In this document: positions 58,339 through 64,000 of the stretch, piece after piece
Numbering within the stretch: the first letter of the stretch is position 1
Layout: each line of letters opens with the position of its first letter
Translations under genes and position numbers: made by a program
Notes under the pieces: model-generated
Seen by the model: the letters and a program-made list of their open reading frames with translations, nothing else
Databases searched by the model: none
Told to the model about the DNA's origin: nothing
Source: Neocallimastix sp. 'constans'
Lineage: Eukaryota
Length of the DNA: 64,000 nt
Direction: 5' to 3'
Assembly (NCBI GenBank): GCA_050613775.1
Contig: JBODTK010000001.1
Span: 2,170,001 to 2,234,000 of the forward strand

Positions 58339-59029
58339 CTTTTATCAATAATTGAATTCAATTACAAAAATTATACAATTAATATATCATTACATAAATA
58401 ATATAAATAATATAAAAATATAAAAAAAATAAATATATATATATTTTTTAATCTAATAATTAAAAATTTTAATATCATAAAACAATTATTTTGTGTTTTT
58501 TTTTTTTTTTTTTAAAAAAAAAAATAAAAAATATTAATGAAATTTATGAGATTATTTTTTCTTTTTTTATAATTAATTTATTCTTTTTACTTTAATTTAA
58601 AAAAAAAAAAAAAAAAAGTTTTATTTTACACTTTTATTAATTTAATATTAGCCAATTAAATTATAGACTTTCTACTATTTTTAATTTAAACCATGAATAA
58701 TTTTTAAAAAATAATATTAATAATTAAAATAATTTGTATTTAGAATTTTAAATTATATATATAAAATTCATAGATAGTTTTTTTAATTTTATATATTTTA
58801 TAATTATATAAAAAAAAACTAAAAAAAAAAAAAAAAATTAAAAAACAAGGTTTTTTTTTATAACATTTTTATAAAAAAAATACGTTATATAATTTAAAGA
58901 TAAAAATGAAATGTATATAAAAGATTAAGTAAAAGAAAAAATTAGAAAAATTAGAAAAAACAATTTTTAATCAATAATAGAAAATTTAATATAAAAAAAG
59001 AATAAAAAAAATAGTTCAAAAGTTAAAAA

Positions 59030-60392
59030 AAATTTCGATGTGATGTATACTATATGTAGTAACAAGGTCACTATTTAAATCTAAAATAATAAAACAAAGA
59101 AGTAACAACATCTTTAAAATAGATAGTGCGGTGTCCACTAAACTCTCCCCTTGAAAAATACAGAAAGATTCTCATTAAGAGAATTACACTCTAAAAATTC
59201 TATGAGCCGAACTAGACTATTAGTATTTGGGCCCCACAACATATCTGGAACAGAAGACCCCTATGAATCTTTTAAGAGTGGTTCACTTATATGTCTATGT
59301 TCCCCAGTGTAAAAATTATAGCTCATCTAATGTTGAAATTCCACAAAGAAGGAAAATGTAAATATATTTCATGGATAGTCTTTCAGATAATTGTCAAAAA
59401 CTCTGTTACTACTGATATCCATAGTATGGTAGTATTTGAAACCAGATCTTAATCTTAAAATCCAGTTAAAACCTAAATTAAATTGGGGATATTCAAGGCT
59501 GAGCTTGAATAATTTTCTTGTTTCAATATTATTGTATTTATCATAATTTGTACCTTTAATTCCTTGACGTTTATCATTATTTGACTAATAGAATTTAATT
59601 ACCTCTTTATATTTTTTCTTAATATTTTCATCTTTAATTTTTTTTATAGAAAGAATGTTCTTTTTTTTTTTTTTTTTTTAAATACTTGAGAAAGGGTCAA
59701 TACATCATAATAAACTAGTTATATGAGATTAAACTTTGTTTGTATTAGTCATGTTTGAATTTAAAAGTGGAATAAAATATAAAGCTTTGCTAATAATATA
59801 GGATTGAATAATATATCTCTTAAAAGGTAAAGGAATCAACCATATTGATTAAGAAACTGGGGAATGAGTATAAAGACATCTAAACTTTAGATTCCATAAA
59901 GGCAATAATAGGTTTTGAGTGAAAGATCGTTACTGAAAAGGAATACCTAAATATGAATCATTAGATTCTTTGGGAATGGAATACATCCCAAGATAAAACG
60001 AAGGATCTTCATAATCATGGTAATTGACAAAATTTAAAGACTTAGTAATCATGGCAGCACATTTATTGATATTGAAGAACATTTCATTTTTTTTTTTTTT
60101 TTTTTGGCCCAGTTAAATACATGATGAAAGAAAAGTCTTCATTTTAGTTCATTAGGTGCAATTAGTACAATATCGTTTGCAAAGAAAGCATCATTATATT
60201 TTTTTTTTATTTCCAATATTCATATCATATTTATTACAATTTTCTAAAAATATCATTTTTATAAACAAATTTAATAATGAAGAAGATAGTAGACAACCTT
60301 GTCGAACTCCTAGATTAAAAGGGAATGCATCTCAGATAACATGTTTAGGTAATGAGCTCTTACTTTTGAGAAGATAAAGTTTTTTGAAATAT

Positions 60393-60423
<31 letters not shown>

Positions 60424-60520
60424 CTTATTACGTATACCAAGATGAAATAATTTAGTTAAGAATGTTATTAAAGCTGGGGAACAGAGTCATAGGTCTTTTT
60501 AAGATCGAGAAAGGTTACAT
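59030..60520 (-). mobile_element. Decayed LINE reverse-transcriptase region and downstream ORF2 remnant
   Basis: Minus-strand fragments TFLDLKKTYDSVP, GVRQGCLLSSLL, FANDIVLIAP (degenerate FADD), INKCAAM and YLGIPFSND in canonical RT order, broken by stops and poly(A/T) expansions. Confidence 0.88.
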
Positions 60521-60910
60521 TATTAATTATAATTTTTTTTTCTTGATAAAAAAAAAATTATAAATATTATAAATAATAAAATAATTTAAAAAAAAAATGT
60601 GGAATAATTAAAACCTATAAATATTAATAATATTATAATATTTATTCAATTGTAATACATGTATATTTTTATTTTTTTATTTTTTTATTTTTTTTTCATT
60701 TTATTTTTTATTTTTTTATTTTTTTTTTTATTGATATAGATACATATTATACATACATAGTTTATTTATTTATTTATATGTTATTAACACTAATTAATAA
60801 TTTTTTTTTTTTTTTTTTTTTTTTTTATTATTTTTATTTTTATTTTTAATATTTATATATATATATATATATTTGTGTTTATTTTATTATTATTATTTGT
60901 TTATGTTTAT

Positions 60911-60944
<34 letters not shown>

Positions 60945-61027
60945 TTTTAATTTTTAAATAAATTGTATTTTATTCATGCCACATAACATATAACAATTTT
61001 AATTATTTGTTTAAATGATTAATTATC

Positions 61028-61076
<49 letters not shown>

Positions 61077-61621
61077 CTTTCTTTCTTTCTCTCTCACTCT
61101 CTCTTATTTTTTCATCTTAATAAAATTTTATAATTAAAAAAAAAAAAAAATAATAATAATAATAATGATAAAGTAATAATCTTAAAATTTTATTAAAAAA
61201 ATAAATAAAAATAAAATAAAATAAAATTAATAATAATTATAACTTTTTTTTTTTTTTTTTAAAGTAAAAAAAAAAAAATAATAATAATAAATTTTAAAAT
61301 ATTTAATCACTAATGTTATGATGTTATTATATTATTACATTTAATAATATAAAAGGTTTTAATAAAAAAAAAATAAAAATAAAAAAAAAAAAAAAAAAAT
61401 GAAAAATGAAAAGAAAAAAAAAATGGTAAAGTAAAAATTGAATAAAAAAAAAAATAATTAAGAGAAAGTAATTTTAAATAGATAAAAAAAAAATGTTATT
61501 ATTGTTAATATTAAAAGAAAATTTCCTTTTTGTTAAAAATTTTAAAAATTTTATAAAAAAAAAAAAAAAAAGTTTTGAATATTTTTGATATAATTAATTT
61601 AAACATATTTATAAATTAAAA

Positions 61622-63257
61622 TTATACAGATGATTCTAACTCTATCTGAGAAGCATCAATTCCTAATGCATGTAAAAATAAATTAACATTAACTAGTCCT
61701 TGTTCATTATCAACATCCTTTATGGTTTCAAAGACCTTTTCTCTGTTTTAATATATATATAATATAGAAATTAATTAAATAAAAATTATATTAGTAATAT
61801 ATATATTGATTATTATTATTTATATATAAAACAAATATGTAATAAAAAAAAATAATAACAATATATAAATATATATTTGAAGAACAAAAAAAAAAAAAAA
61901 ATGTATATATATAATATAAAATATATATATATATATATATATATATGAAAATACAAATAAAAAAATAATAGTTAATAATTAATATTTAAATTTACCTAAC
62001 TTCCATGACTAATGATTTTTGATATTCAATGGATTGAGCACTAATAGCAATAGCTGCTAAGAATTGCCATACACATACATCATCTTGATCTGATCCATTT
62101 TCTGGGAATAATGATACAAAATTATTTCTTAAAAGGTTAAATAAATGATCATATAATCCAGACCTATACCATTAATTTAAATTTATATATATATATATAT
62201 ATTTATTAGTTAAAAAATATATTAGTAATAGTGGTAATAATATTATTTTAATAAAATTAATTATAAATTATAAATAATTTTAATTTATTTTAATAAAAAT
62301 AAAAATATATATATATATTTTATAATACCATTGTTGTAAATCATTTTGAATATTTGGTGCAATAACTGGTTCACTATTTATATCTTGTCTTAAAATTTCA
62401 GCTCTACTTAAGAAAACAGTTAAAATAGCTAAAGCAACTTTACATTTTCCCATCCAAACCATACTATAACACCTTAATAATATATCAAAACATCCATTAA
62501 TAACACATAATGGCATTTCAGATAAGAAATTTACTAATGGTGGTACAACACTATTTATAAATAAATCAACCTAATTAATAAGAATTATTAATATATATAT
62601 ATATATTAAGAAAAAAAAATTAAGAATGATGATTATTTTATACTAATAAGCAAAGAAAAAAAAAAAATTATTATTATAAAAATAAATATATATCATTAAA
62701 TAAAGAAAACAAGGCGATAGATGTGACATAATGTAATTTATCTTACTTCAACAGGATCAGCATTTTCAGAACAAACATCTAATTTATTTAAACGAAGTAA
62801 TAAAAGATTTAAAAATGCTAATGATTGTTCCTTTGAAAGGAAATGTAAAACACGAGGAATAACCTTTTTACCTTTAGAATAAGATAAAAATTGAACAAAT
62901 GGATGTGGTTTACTGCAATTTTTTTTTTTTTTTTTTTTTTAATTAAAAATTTAATATGATAAATAATTAAATATTAAAAATATTTATTATATTATATTAT
63001 ATTATATTATATTATATTATATTATATTATATTATATTATATTATATTATATTATATTATATTATATTATATTATATTATATTTAATGATTGTTTATAAA
63101 AATATAAATACTTACTCTAATGGTATTTCATCTTTAATTTTTAATTCATTCCATATTTTATTAATAAGGTCTTCCTTTTCTTTTTTTCTATTTTAAAAAT
63201 ATATGAATAATAAATAAATTTTTTAATTTATTTTATTTAAATATATATATATATATA

Positions 63258-63328
<71 letters not shown>

Positions 63329-63627
63329 TAATGATATTTACTCTTCTTCGGTTTCTTCTTCATTTTCTTCATTATCTGAATTCTGTTCTTTATTTAATTT
63401 CTTTTGTCTTTCTTTTTGTTCTAATTTCAATATATAGGTATAAACATTTTCTATCGAAGCTAATGTTCTATAATGTGATAAACGAGTGGTTTGTGATTGT
63501 TGTGTAGTACTACTTGTAGTTTTCTTTGACTTTAATTAATTTTTAAAAATAAATATTAAATTAATGATGATAAAAACCAATTTATTGATATAACAAAAAC
63601 ATTATAAAATTCAATAAATTTATTAAA

Positions 63628-63666
<39 letters not shown>

Positions 63667-63808
63667 ATAATAATAATAATAATATTACTAAAAATAATAA
63701 TAGTAACTATAATACCTACAGTATCTTTATCTTTATTAACTTCTAACAATTGCTTTGGATTACGAACAGAATTTAAAGCAATTTTCCCTAAAGCACCTTC
63801 CAATGATA
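61622..63808 (-). CDS. PAT1: PAT1 mRNA decapping activator, 3' exons only (5' end beyond window)
   Basis: About 7 exons encoding LEGALGKIALNSVRNPKQLL, HPFVQFLSYSKGKKVIPRVLHFL, VWQFLAAIAIS, LVMEVR and NVNLFLHALGIDASQIELESSV*. Confidence 0.88.
62987..63082. repeat. (ATTAT)n microsatellite inside a PAT1 intron
   Basis: Direct reading. Confidence 0.9.
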
Positions 63809-64000
63809 CTAAAATAATTTAATAATAATAATAATAAAAAAAAAAAAAAAAAATTAAAATATAAATAAAATATTTATATTAATATTAATTATTTTATTAA
63901 TTAAATGAAATCATTTCAATATAATTCAAATTAAAATATATGATTATTTAATTCCATAACAATAAAAATATTTACTCAAAAATAAAGAATAAAAGTAAAC

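Overview
Extremely AT-rich eukaryotic genomic DNA with long homopolymers, microsatellites and short GT..AG introns. Gene content and composition suggest an anaerobic gut fungus (Neocallimastigomycota); this assignment is inference. Exon chains were reconstructed by hand. The window holds two intronless low-complexity genes (11.9 kb, 24.6 kb) that share an ordered set of short motifs including a PP1-type RVxF site, a secreted Cys-rich protein, a ~12-exon degenerate DHA2-type MFS protein fused to a ~560-aa Asn-rich tail, an intronless IMP dehydrogenase, a secreted LysM-LysM-CE4 deacetylase, a 9-exon glutamate decarboxylase with an 18-nt microexon, a minimal Pib2-like FYVE protein and the 3' part of PAT1. 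Mobile and repeat content includes two decayed LINE RT remnants, a dispersed three-copy element end, a 279-bp MITE with a perfect 9-bp TSD, a perfect 34-bp hairpin and several tandem arrays. No rRNA, tRNA or CRISPR array was recognised. The best novelty candidates are the RVxF-bearing paralog pair and the motif-degenerate MFS with a long tail (possible transceptor).
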